A DNA stretch of 64,000 nt, from NCBI RefSeq assembly GCF_002571385.2, contig NW_019217813.1, positions 326,130 to 390,129 of the forward strand. Direction: 5' to 3'. Below the pieces are notes generated by a model. That model did not search any database and was not told the origin of the DNA. It was given only the letters and a program-made list of their open reading frames with translations. Made by a program: the position numbers and the translations under genes. Positions 52,301-64,000 of the stretch are shown in pieces (within the stretch, counting starts at the first letter, position 1; every line of letters starts with the position of its first letter). Source of the stretch: Stylophora pistillata (taxonomy: Eukaryota).

Positions 52301-55300
52301 CATAACGAAGTCCCCATAAAAACTTGTTTCATCGCTTTGCGTACCATAAGTTGAAAAAGGGAATACCAATTGAAAGAAATCATCCCACATTCTTCATTTT
52401 AGGAATTATTGAAAATCCTGCTTAGAGCTTTGCTGAGTGCAAAAGAGCATGATGCGTATTTATTTCGCAGTACAACAAGCAAACACATATGAAGTACTAA
52501 GAAATATTCTACCGTAATTCAGACTTTTTACCTCTATTTGCACAGTTTGGATTTCCAGGACAGTCTGGTATATGACATCCGTCACCAGTCCATCCATTCT
52601 GACATATACAAGTATGGAGAGCACTGTTACATTCCCCACGACCGGAACAATCTTCTCCCTCACCGGGACATCCAGGATTTTCGCAATATGTTCCACGCCA
52701 TCCAACGTCACACTGGCACTTGCTATCAACGATGGTTCCATGCTCTGAGCATTCGCTATCACATCCCACTCCAACCCAACCAGGCTCACACACACAATTG
52801 GCACTGTCCATTGGAATTTGTTGACCATGCACACAAGGGTCGTTACAAGCCGGTCCCATCCAGCCTTTGGAGCAGTTTTGGCACTTGGGTGGGTTTACAG
52901 AGGCGTTGCAAATTCCTCGTTCAAAGCAATTGGGGGTCCCTGGACAGTCGGAAATTTCACAGCCTTTACCAGCCCAACCTTCGTTGCACGTGCAAACATG
53001 TGTTACAGTGTTACATATTCCGTGGCCTGTACAGTCTGAGCCAATACCAGGACAGCCTGGATTATCACAGAGGTCTCCTCGCCAACCGACGTCACACACA
53101 CAACTTTTGTCAACAATCTTACCATGTTCTGAGCATTCACTATCACACCCAACACCTTTAAAAGAAACAACTGAAAATAAGTACACGAGCAACCGGGTAG
53201 CCGTAGAAGGCAAAATAATAGACTTACGTTAATGTTAAAAGAGAAATTCAAATATATATGCTGGATAAACATCCTGCGTGAAAGGTTGTCATTTCACTAC
53301 TTCTGCACCCGTAACACTACCTTTTCTTTTCCATAAATTAAAGACCATATAATTTCTAATCAGACGTAATACACACCAAGGCGTTAAAATCAGAACATGT
53401 TATATAAAGTTAAAAACAGTTTTGTTTTAGGTTTTTCCACCCGATATTTTCATCTTTACCTGTGTATCCAGGCCAACAAATACACTGTCCACTGTCCATT
53501 GGAGTCTGCTCTCCAAACGTACACGGGTCAGCACATGCAGGTCCCATCCAGCCTCGACTGCAGTTCTGACATTGTGGAGGAGTAACAGACGCATTACAGT
53601 AACCTCGGTTATTGCAGTTTGGCGCCCCTGGACAATCGGGAATATTGCATCCCAAACCAGCCCATCCAGGGTAACATGTGCACTCGTGTGTAGCGCTGTT
53701 ACAGTCACCATTACCTGTGCAATCCTTACCATCACCCGGACATCCAGGAATTTGGCAAACGTCACCTCGCCAGCCTTGGAGAGGATCACAGTTGCAAATT
53801 TCATTATCGGAGCAAGTCCCGAGGCCCATACATAGAGAATCACAGCCCTTGCCAGCCCAGCAGGGATCGCACTTACAAAATCCACTGTCCATTGGCTCTT
53901 GTACACCATTGACACAAGGATCATTACAGGCAGGGCCCATCCACCCTACGCTGCAGTTGACACACATTACAGTACCATTAATCGCTGAGCAGGTACCTCG
54001 ATTATAACAATCCGGTTCACCAGGGCAGTCAAGCTCGCTGCAGTCAAATCCACGCCAGCCTGGGTTACAAAAACATGTCAGAAGAGCGCTGTTACAAATG
54101 CCGTTTCCTGAGCAGTCGTTAGGACATTTTGGAACCTCGCAGTAATCACCCTTCCATTCACTGCCGCAGTAACAAGTGCCGTTAGTACATGTGCCATGTC
54201 CCGAGCAGAGCGAATGACAGTGAGTTCCGATATAGCAGGGATCACATTTGCACTTGCCACCAATGCAAGTCCCATTACCTGAGCATTCATACCTACAGTC
54301 ATCTCCAGTATAGCACGGATCACATACACACTTCCCTGTCACGCTACAACGACCATTCCCGTGACAGTCACGTTTAGCGTCACACTTATGTTCGCATCGA
54401 TAACCCACATAACCAGGATCACAGTCACAACCTCCGGAAGCCGAGCAACGTCCGTGTCCTAAACATGTGATTGACGGGTCACACTGGTACAGACAACTTA
54501 CGCCGTAAGAACCAGCATCACACGTGCAATTACCTTCCTGGGCGGAAAATGTTCCATGACCGCTACATTCATTACCAGCTGCACTTATCTGTCCGCTTCC
54601 TCCGTTACCAGCACTTCCGCCACCCGCAGCCCCACCAGATACATCCCTTTTTCGAATTATATCGCGCCTGATGTAATCGGGAGAAAAGTGACGAAGGTGT
54701 CCGCCACCACCCCCACCGCCATTGTATTTTCTGTAGCTAGAGCAAGGATTACCACTGCAGCATGCGGAGCGACTGCTTCCTGCACCCCCTTTCAGAGTAA
54801 GATGCCCATGCCCTTCAAAATGTCTTCCAGCGACCCAAAGAGTTCCACCGCTCGCCCCACCTCCACCACCGTCTCCATTAGCGCCATCGGACTTGATCGA
54901 GCCATCGAGCTCCAAAAGCTTTTCTACACTTACAAAGACGACGCCTCCCCCACTAGCTGAAGTACCTCCACCTCCACTACCTGCTTGTATGGCTTGCGAT
55001 ACACTTTCATACTTGTTACCACCTGGAAATAGGAAAAATTAAAAAACAAATCGAGGAATAGTTTGGAATGCTACACTACACTAACGCCTCCTAAAGATAT
55101 ATTTATAATTTTATCGCTCGCATCCTTTCATTGAACCTTGCACAACAAATCGGATTGAAAAGAGAATGCACTCTCTCTTCTTTCTGACAAATTTCAGCAC
55201 ATATTTGGTGTGTCGAAAATAACGATTAATTAACATGATCTACAATAACAAAGAACACGAACCCAAGATGTCCTGCTTTGAAAATAAGTTTCCCTACCTC

Positions 55301-58300
55301 TCCGGATACAGAGAGGTCAACATCATTCTGTTCTGTTTGAACCCTGACTTCTGAATGTCTGTGACAACTGCTGAGCCTTTTACTGCGGCCGATTATATGA
55401 GGTCAAGTATTTATACCACTTCACAATTCACAAATCTTTATATCAAGAATTCCATAGGTTCACCTTGAGCGATAGCATCGTGGTTACCCTTATAAATTTA
55501 TTTCCATCTCCATTTCTATAGAAAAGCGACTTTATGAGTTCACTAACCTCCCGCTGTACAAGATGAACATCCACTGAAGTACCCAGTCCCCCCACGGCCG
55601 CCATGACCAGCTCCCGCTACACCTGAACAAGCTGTAGAACTTCCAGGCCCCTTTTGGGATGACCAACCAGAGCCTGAGGCATCCGTAACCGCGTCTAACT
55701 CAAGCCTGAAATATTCTGTTAGCAATTTGGCAGCGTCCGCCTTCAGTGATCCCGTGTAGTCTAGAGCTATTTCTCCCGTGTGAAGACGTACTGCCAGAGA
55801 TGAGATTGTTTGTACTGAGCTTTGCACTTGAAATGTTCCTCCCAAATCCACCTGCAGCTTTTTAAACCAGTAATGGCCAATGTAATCGGTTGTATAGTTA
55901 CTGTGACAATCTAAGCAAGCTGAGAAGCCTTTTTCTGTAACCAGGGTGCCGACGTTTGACGACAACCTTAGTTTCTCTATGCCATGGATCTCACCGTTGA
56001 CAGTTAATGCTGGAGCCCTGGTACCAAGAAGAGTGGTCTGAATTGGAAATACAATCTGACCTCCTGAATGGGCTTCGTAGTTCACAGGAGCCTCCGTGCG
56101 AACGCTGTGGCACTCAACGTATATTCTGGTATTCTGTAATGCCTGTAGTATGCCTGTCTTGTCACCAGTAGCTTTCCTTATGACTATTTTGACAAGCTTT
56201 CCCGAAACCTTCAAACGAAAATATCAAGTTTGAGAATTATCAACGTGGCTCCTAATTTTGTCAACAACAGGTAACTTGGATTCTGGGAACTGAAAAACGA
56301 AAAAAAATAGTCGGGTAGTGGTGGTTGGGTTCAATTTTCAGTTTTGTGATATAGCATGACTAGAAAAAGAGTAAATCAGGAATGCTTCTCGCATTATACC
56401 AAACACTAAATTAATATTTATTTGTCGTAAGACGCCGAAGATTTTTATTCATCTGAACCTTACCTCCTTAAAAGCGAGCGCTCCTTTCCTTACTAAGTGG
56501 ATTCTCTCAAACTCATAGAGAACTGTGTTTGCCTCAGCTAGTGTAACTGGTAACAAATTGTCCCTGTTATTGTTGTCAACCTGTATCATGCGATACGGTT
56601 CCTCGCCGACATCCACATCAATGTAAACTGTTCCTGGACTGCCATGATATTTGGTGCCACTATTGCCTCCTAGCGCAGTCAAGGTCCCTCTAAAGATGAA
56701 GTGCTCTGTGAGATACACAGCAATACGGCCCCCTGAACCAGCTCCTTCGTGACTGGGTCCTGCAAATTGATTGAAAATGCAAGATGGCTCTCAAAATTCT
56801 TGACTTAAAATTGATTCACGACCATCCTTTTAATTAAACAATGCAATCGAAAGTCACTCCTTTTTATAACTTATGACTGAAAACTGTTCTTTACAAAAAA
56901 ATACTGCCTATCTAAACAACTTTCACGAGCAATGAGCTAATAATAAGATCTAACAAGTTCTCGATATGCACGGAGCCAGATTTACACATGGCCAAACCTA
57001 TGATGTTTCACTTTTCTGTATTAAATACTTTTGCATTGATTAAGTTTAGTAAGCCACCTATTTTCATGCGGGAATAACCTGAAATCGCTTTAAAAGATAA
57101 GTTAAAAAAGCACGGCATAGTTTCGAGTAAGACTTTTATAAGGAAATCCACACAAAAAATAGATTTTACGAAATTGGTAACAATTGATACAAACCTCCAT
57201 GACACTCAACAGTACCTTAGCCTTTAAGGAATAAACTCTTCACAATGATAGCGCCACCGCTTCCACCTCCGGAGGACCTTGACGACGAACCAACACCATT
57301 GGCTCGAATAGTTCCCTCAACTATCACATATCCTCCGGTGTTAATATAAAACCGTCCACCACCGGCACCGTAGCCACCACCACTTCCTGGTTCATCGGGC
57401 CAATAAACAGAGCCGTGTTGTGTTCCTAAGGCAGCTCGCCCACCGGGTGAAGCGTGGCTGCCACCTGTACTTCCGGACCCAGCACCAGGACCACTCGCAG
57501 CTGTATAACCAGCACCTGAAGAGTCTATCAGACCTCCACTTTCGACAGTGACGAAGTCAGCATTAATGGTCACGTCGTTTGTAGAGAGGATGAGTTGACC
57601 ACCTGAAAGAAGAGTGCGAATACTATTCAGAATGAATTACACTTAAAGTTGTGTACACACAATTTGTAGTTCAGAATCCCTTGAGTTTTAATCGGGTAAG
57701 AAGTAGATAAATCTCCTATTTCTGTCAATATTTAAGCACTAGAGGAATGAAGTAATATTACCAGGGTCTTAAAGTCTCAGTGGCAGCTCGCTTCTTGCGA
57801 TTCATAATACTATAGCTAGGCTAGTTGTTCCCTGTTATCTATCTGAGTTCCACCAGTGAGTATAACAATAGAGTATGGACGATATTTCGGACGTTCTCCA
57901 GTATGTTAGACACCAGCATGAATCTTGGCTCACCTTTTTTAACAGTAGTGTCGGCGATATTAAGTACAACTCGGATTGGAGACATCTTGACTTTAGCTAA
58001 CCCAGCATTACTTATGATTAACTGTGGAACAATGATTAGTCCTGGAGTAAATGGGTCAAACGGATTATCAGCAAGCCACTGTGATTCCTCGGGTAACTGC
58101 GCACTGTGAGCTGTTCCTCCAAATTCTACTAGGCCATTTCTCTCAACTACAAGCCTCTCTACTCCAGTAATCCGCCCTCTTATGGTTGAGCTCTCCCCGC
58201 GAAGGATAACCTCCGTAGGAAAGACAATTTCAGCATAGTCTTCGACGTGAAAGCCACAAGGAGCGTCCATGTAAGTGTGAGTTGACTGCACCACAAATAC

Positions 58301-61300
58301 AAATAAGCGCTGTCGAGACACCAGCTTTATAATTCCAGTTTTATCTCCAGTTACTTCGTGTGCTATGACCGTCACATTCCGTGCCGTCTCTGGATGATAG
58401 AAGATTACTGTAGAATGACCCTCCACTTGCATCTCATCAAACTCATAAAACACTGTTTGATTTTCCATGATAACCGTCGGCGTAGCGACGTTGTTATTTT
58501 CATTGTCAACTTTGACCTTGGAGTGCTCTGGTTTGAAGGTTGTTAAGTTCGTGTCCGGATTGTACTTGAGGTCGCGGTATTGTGGACCACGGCGACTCTC
58601 GTATTTGTAAACTGTACCAGCTGCGCCTGCGTTGTCGTTATAGCCAGAAACATTACCCCCAGCGGACCGGAATTTACCTGGAGGGTACCACCAAATGTTT
58701 GAATTATAACATTAACACATCTGTGATTCATGCCTAAACAGGCAGACAAAGTCTTAAATATTTAACTTTCAAATCGGCACTTTTAGTCCTCACGGTATCA
58801 TCGAACGCTTTCCATTCAAAAAATTAACCCTTTTTTCACGTTACCATCTTCCCAAAACCAATGCAGCTCCATTTTTTTAATGTAAAACACACGCAACCCA
58901 CAATTCCTCTATTCACTCTGAGGAAGGACTAACACTCGAAACGTTCGCTTTTAGAAATTTTTTCGGCGGCCTATTTACATTATCAACCATTTCATAACAC
59001 CAAATTATCTTAAAACTAATTCTACACTTGTCTACACCATTATCAACTATTTCATAACACCAAATTATCTTAAAACTAATTCAACAGATGTCTACACCTA
59101 CCACCAAAATTATTCCGGAAGTCGACATGAATGCCGATTCTTCCACCAGCTCCTCCTCCTGCATTTGACTGCGCGTCCCCGCCGTTGACATTAATTTCTC
59201 CATGTCCAGTCATATTCGTGGTCTCTATCAGAACACTACCACCACTACCTCCGCCCCCGCTATTGCTACCACTCTGTCCTTTGGATGACAGACGGCCGTC
59301 CAGATGAATACGTTTTCCAACTTGCCACCAGAGAGATCCACCGCCTAAATATGTTTGAAAACATCAATATATATTGAGATATCTAAAGTCATAAGCATAA
59401 GCGGGAAACGATTGCATTTCAAAATCACGATAACACTACATTGGGGAGGTAGGAGTGCTTTAGACGATCTTTTTCACGTCAGGCTTGGTTTCTGGGCTCT
59501 GCCACAAGCATGTAAAGAAGTAAAGTGCTCTGTGCGTGAGTATCATGCACAGAATGATGCACAAATGTCCACCCATTGCCAGTTACCCGGTTCTTTGAAC
59601 TAGGAACTACAATCAGAGAGTTATACGTATACCCTTGTTCTTGGTTTGATCGTAACCTCGCCAGCGACAGCTGCAGTGGAAACTAAAATGAAGAAAACAA
59701 CTTATTCCGAGTTCTTTGAACTTGGAACTACGCCCACAGGACGTTAGTCTCCAAACACAAACTCCAAATCACTTGTTAAGATAAACTTATAACATTTTAC
59801 CTGCTCCTCCTCCACTCCACTTCCCATGTCCTCCTCCACTACCATAAGAGAGCGGCTTGTACACAGATCCGTAAGCGCCACCCCCGTTGTTATAACTATG
59901 AGATCGTCCTCCTTGTCCACCAAAACCACCACCAGATCCTGAATTTGACGAATCACTCAACCCTGCACCGGGACCCGTCGCTGCCTTGTAACCAGCACCA
60001 TCAAGTACAACTACACCTTTAGTTTCCACATCAGCAAAGGCGGAATAAAATATGCCATGGTTCACTTTCACTGTTCCCTTATGAAGAACTTCAAACACAG
60101 ACGACGTGACTGACACAACGACATCTTCCACACGCACCAGGTCCAGTAAACCGCCTTGTTTTATTATGATGTGGGCAAAAGAGCTGTTACCAGGTTGGGT
60201 GATATCAATGTAAGTGCGGTTCTCCGTTAGGGCCGTTTGTGCCGATGATGCTATCTTAAGGGTGGCTCCGTCTTCAAGGAAAAGAAAGTGCACACCTGTC
60301 ATCAAACCGTACAGCTCAGACCTAACTCCATGAACATGAAACTCTGCTGGCAGGACGATCTCAGCACCCTTGTCGATACGATAACTACATGGAGCTTCGG
60401 TTCTGTTTGTTTCAGATTCGACTAGTTCCACATAGATGGTTTGATTAACCCTCAAATGAAACTTTCCAGTCTTGTCCCCAATGAATCTATGTGCTATCAC
60501 TGTAACGTCCGTCTCGTTTGGATGATAAACGATAAGGCGTGAATACCCTGTGAGTTCAACCTCATCAAACTCATAATTTGTAGTTCCTTCCTCCATAAGG
60601 ACGGTGGCTTCAGGCACATCATGTCCCTCATTATCTACATGAAGATATGTATGATCTACAGCCAGGAAAGTCGTGTTAGTTTCTTTGCTGTATTTAAGTA
60701 TTCGGTATTCCAATGGACGAAGATTCTCCTGCTTGTAAACTGTTCCTGCAGGGGCACCATACTGACTTTGTGTTCCAAATCCACCTCTGTCAGTAAATTT
60801 TCCGCCAAATGTGTAACTAAAACGACAGTGTATTCCAACGCGACCTCCAGATCCTCCTCCCCCTTGGTTTACAGCATCTCCACCGGTTACAGCAATCTCG
60901 CCATGGCCAGTCATGTTTGTTGTTTTTATGAGAATGCTTCCACCACTACCACCACCAGCGTGGCCGCCATTACCTGTACCGCCTCTGGCTGAAATAAATC
61001 CGTTAAGTTCTAATCTTTTTCCAACTTCCCAAAGAAGTTGACCGCCTCCAATCCCTCCTGTTCCTCCCCCGTTTCCACCTCCGCTACCTAGTACCAAGGG
61101 GCGATAAACTGAACCATAGGATTGTCCCCCTGATCGAGCCCCTCTCCCTCCATGACCTGCTCCAAGGCCAATGGAACTTAGAGTACTTCCGGCACCGTGT
61201 CCCTTTTCAGCCGTATTTCCTCCCTCGTCCAAATTAAAATTACCTTGGCTGTCCAACCAAGCGAATGTTGAAAACACCTCTCCGTGGTTCATGCTAACTT

Positions 61301-64000
61301 TTCCTTGATACTTTATCTTAAGTTCGTCAACATTTATTCTCAATAATCCAGTGTTCTTTCGGAACTCGACGTCGCCTCCCTTCTTGACGATAACAATTGC
61401 GAAAGAAATATTTCCTGGCTTTGATATTGCAATGTAGTCGCCATTCTCTATCAATGCTGTCTGTGAGGTTGAATAGAAATCAGCTTCAGCACCAAAGGAC
61501 ACAAGTAAATCTCGAACGCCAATGATCATCCCTTCGAAAACTGAACGCGTGCCATGCATTGAAAACTCCGACGGTAAAATAATCTGTCCTCCCACATCGA
61601 TCCTATAACTGCAAGGCGCTTCAGTTTTGTTTGTTTTTGACTCAACATACTCCACAAAGATCCTTTGATCACGACGGATGTGGAACTGTCCACTCTTGTC
61701 ACCTATGAACTTGTGTACAACAGCTGTTACTGTGACGTTTCCAGGATGATAGACCAGAAGGCGTGAGTAACCTGTTAGCTCCATTTCATCGAATTCATAG
61801 TAGGTGGTATTTTCTTCCATCAAGAGAGTTGCGCCGGGAACATCATAACCATCATTGTCAATATGTACGTAAGTGTGATCAACTGCTAACATGGTAGTGT
61901 TCGTTTCTTTCATGTATTTAAGGTGTCGATATTGAAGAGGTCTGAAATTCTCTTCTTTATAGATTGTTCCGGCTGGTCCACCATACTTTCCTTCCTGGCC
62001 TCCATTATCAGTGAACTTTCCTCCATACTTGTATCGCCACCGGCAGTGAATTCCAACTCTCCCACCAGATCCTGCACTTCCCGAACCGGTTCCTGAGCCA
62101 CCAGGAACAGCAATTTCGCCGTGGCCAGTCATGTTTGTAGTAGTTATCAAAATGCTACCGCCGCTTCCTCCACCAGTATCGATTCCTTCTCCATTAGTTC
62201 CCCTTGAGGACAAAAGTCCATTGATCTGAAGTCTTTGACCTACGATCCAGAACAAAGATCCCCCACCAGAGCCACCTATCCCTCGGCCATTACCTCCACC
62301 ACTGCCATACATCCGTGGGGTGTAGACAGAATCGTATGGGGATCCACCTTCACCATGTTCTGTTTTTCCGCCCTCCCCGCCGTGACCAGCCCCAGAGCCA
62401 AAATTATTTTTGGTTGTTCCATGTCCAAAACCTTGTTCAGGGCCAAATCCTGTACCATCCAAAGACAGAATACCTTCGCTCTCTATCCAAGCAAATGCAG
62501 AGTAAATATAGCCATGGTTCATAGTCATCAGTCCTTCGTATTTAATCTTGAACTCCGAGCAACGCAAACTGAGAGTGTAGTTGAGAATGCGACTGAAAGT
62601 TATTCTTGAATTCCTTTCAACAGTTACAGTAGCAAACGAAAAGTTTCCATTTTCGTCTATCTCTACATAGCGGCGATTCTCCACCCTTGCTGTTTGAGCA
62701 GTGGACGAGAACTCAACAAACCCTCCACTTGCAATTATCAAATGTTCAACCCCTGTGATTCGTCCTTCGATAATGCTTCTAGTGCCATAGATGTTAACAA
62801 TAGCTGGGAAAACTACTTCAGCTCCTTGGTCAATCTTGTAACTACAGGGTGCTGTAGTCTCATTAGTCTCCGACTCCACTACTTCAACATATATGGTTTG
62901 GTTGACTCTGACGTGAAATCTTCCTGTACCATCTCCAAGAAAACGGTGTACAATAACGGTGACATTAGGACTCCCTGGTGGATGCCTGACTTGCAAATTA
63001 GCATGCCTTGTGAGGAACAACTCGTCTAATTCGTAGAATAAGTGCTCACTCTCCATCATTATTGAAGAGACCTCGGTTTTGCGATCTTCATTATCAACTT
63101 CCATGTACCTGTGAGTTGCTGTAATATAAGTTCTATTTGTGCTCTTTTCGTACTTTAAGTCAGCATATTGTGGTCCACGTGCAGTTTCTTCAACGTACAC
63201 TGTGCCTGCTGCAGCGTAAGTTTTTCCGTCTCCTCCATACGCCTTAAATACTCCAGCATACTTATGACGAAAGCGTACATGCGCCGATATTCTACCACCT
63301 GAACCCCCGGACCCACTTGGACCAGAGCCATCTCCTCCCATAACATTAATTTCTCCATAGCCAGTAAAGTTCGTTGTCTCGATTAAGATACTTCCACCAC
63401 TACCACCGCCAGCGCTAGTTCCAGAACCATCGCCACCACGTAAAGTAACGAGTCCATCCAGTTCGATCTCCTGTCCAATTCGCCAATGCAGCATACCCCC
63501 ACCGAATCCACCTTTTCCCTGCCCATTACCTCCACCGCTACCCAGGTGAACTGCTTTGTATATAGAGCCATATGACTCCCCACCGAGCTGCCCTGCCTTA
63601 GAAACTCCACCTATACCGCCATGGCCTGCACCAGATCCAATCAAGTTCACTGTATTGCCTTTACCTGAGCCCATTTCAGCTGGATGTCCGGTGAAGTCTA
63701 AAACAAGTTTACCTTCACTTTCAACCCAAGCCCAAGAGGAGTCGATCTCTCCATGGTTGATGTTGACTAATCCATGATATTTCAGTCTGAAAATGATTGC
63801 AGTAAACACTAAGGTGTTGTTGATCCGCGAAAACTCCAACTTTGAGCCTTTCTGTACGTACACCTCTGCAAAGGTGATGTTGCCTGGTGTGGTTAGGAAT
63901 CTGAATTTTCTGTCTTCTTTAATACCGGTCTGGGTTGTTGAAGCAAACACAACATTGGCGCCTTCAGCAACGATAAGTCGATGAACACCTATAACCAGTC
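28353..64000 (-). CDS. Giant (>10,000 aa) type I membrane protein: Gly-rich repeats + tenascin-like EGF array + 9x(EGF-VWD-LamG/pentraxin-C8-like) + TM + PDZ-binding tail; 5'-partial; five in-frame stops (possible pseudogene/null allele)
   Basis: Minus-strand GT-AG exons with compatible phases: 64000-59801, 59344-59102, 58677-57934, 57602-57195, 56759-56464, 56208-55548, 55022-53460, 53155-52532, 51230-50901, 50447-49281, 48924-46626, 46249-46120, 45878-42890, 42760-28353. These sum to 30,062 nt. The long ORFs in the track join into one frame. Internal stops are at 57217, 39801, 36900, 34776 and 34308. Confidence 0.88.
28617..28682 (-). other. Transmembrane helix of the giant protein
   Basis: IIVITVSSLLFLLFLLIIIIVM followed by CRRRKRRK (positive-inside), then an ~85-aa cytoplasmic tail ending EETTL*. 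Confidence 0.9.
28700..45878 (-). repeat. Nine tandem ~640-aa modules: EGF/laminin-EGF, VWD, LamG/pentraxin-like, C8-like
   Basis: VWD starts ((G/H)x(F/Y)xTFDG-like) near 45600, 43750, 41780, 39940, 38080, 36170, 34220, 32330 and 30420. Each is followed by a LamG-like block (YALxF..WNHVxLV..LxLGxW..FxGxIDEVRIW..LWKFNEG) and a Cys block (FYYxAC..ADYC..WPAxxLC). Confidence 0.85.
46970..54570 (-). repeat. Coding tenascin/teneurin-like EGF repeat array of the giant gene
   Basis: Dozens of CSGxGxC...CxCxxGWxGxxC units across exons 55022-53460 to 48924-46626. Confidence 0.9.
58767..59010 (+). mobile_element. Penelope-like retroelement 3' fragment (GIY-YIG C-terminus + hammerhead-bearing pLTR), antisense in an intron of the giant gene
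   Basis: 58767 onward translates FQIGTFSPHGIIERFPF, resembling the 'LGTLxPxGxN' end of Penelope GIY-YIG endonucleases. It is followed by ctctgaggaaggactaacactcgaaacgtt and homology to 5455-5705. Confidence 0.7.
58979..59098. repeat. 60-bp tandem duplication next to splice donor
   Basis: attatcaac(c/t)atttcataacaccaaattatcttaaaactaattc...tgtctacacc occurs twice. Confidence 0.8.

Larger units (their letters stand above)
54570..64000 (-). repeat. Coding Gly-rich repeat region (~410-aa units, at least 6 in window) of the giant gene
   Basis: Recurrent GAGHGGxGG..YGSxYxP..GSGGG..GGxGGG.L...LxxDG.....G..GGGSGGSILI..GGRIxxH..AGTVY..YEFDE..GDKTG..EAPCSY motifs. YGS/YDS boxes lie near 63550, 62320, 61100 and 59850 (period ~1.23 kb), with further ones near 57400 and 55000. 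Confidence 0.85.

Noticed and set aside
45720-53775. RGD integrin ligands (several WRGD)
   Set aside because: They fall in the structural WxGxxC part of EGF repeats and arise from the consensus.
28338-63984. Numerous short + strand and alternate-frame ORFs over the giant gene
   Set aside because: Shadow ORFs of a long coding sequence; no independent motifs.
28353-64000. Calling the gene tenascin, teneurin, FCGBP or a mucin
   Set aside because: No FN3/fibrinogen, NHL/YD, TIL or PTS regions are visible; only individual domain types are shared.

Overview
Eukaryotic, AT-rich, intron-containing scaffold with five N-gaps. The repeat families and gene style suggest a cnidarian, probably a scleractinian coral (inference). 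There are two convergent genes. On the + strand is the 3' part of HID1 (17 visible exons, 159-9642); one conserved segment is missing at a gap, and a foreign Ig-domain exon sits in that intron. On the - strand is a giant single-pass membrane protein gene (14 exons in the window, 64000 down to 28353, about 30 kb of CDS, over 10,000 codons, 5' end outside the window). Its architecture is: ~410-aa Gly-rich repeats, a long tenascin-like EGF array, a bacterial-looking insert domain, nine tandem [EGF-VWD-LamG/pentraxin-C8-like] modules, a TM helix, and a tail ending in a PDZ-type ETTL. Only the last VWD keeps the GDPH autoproteolysis motif. The frame is interrupted by five in-frame stop codons and no frameshift. 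The intergenic region and introns hold many MITEs, a Harbinger transposase fragment, Penelope-derived repeats with hammerhead-ribozyme cores, SINE fragments and a gap-flanking 2-kb duplication that is probably an assembly artefact.
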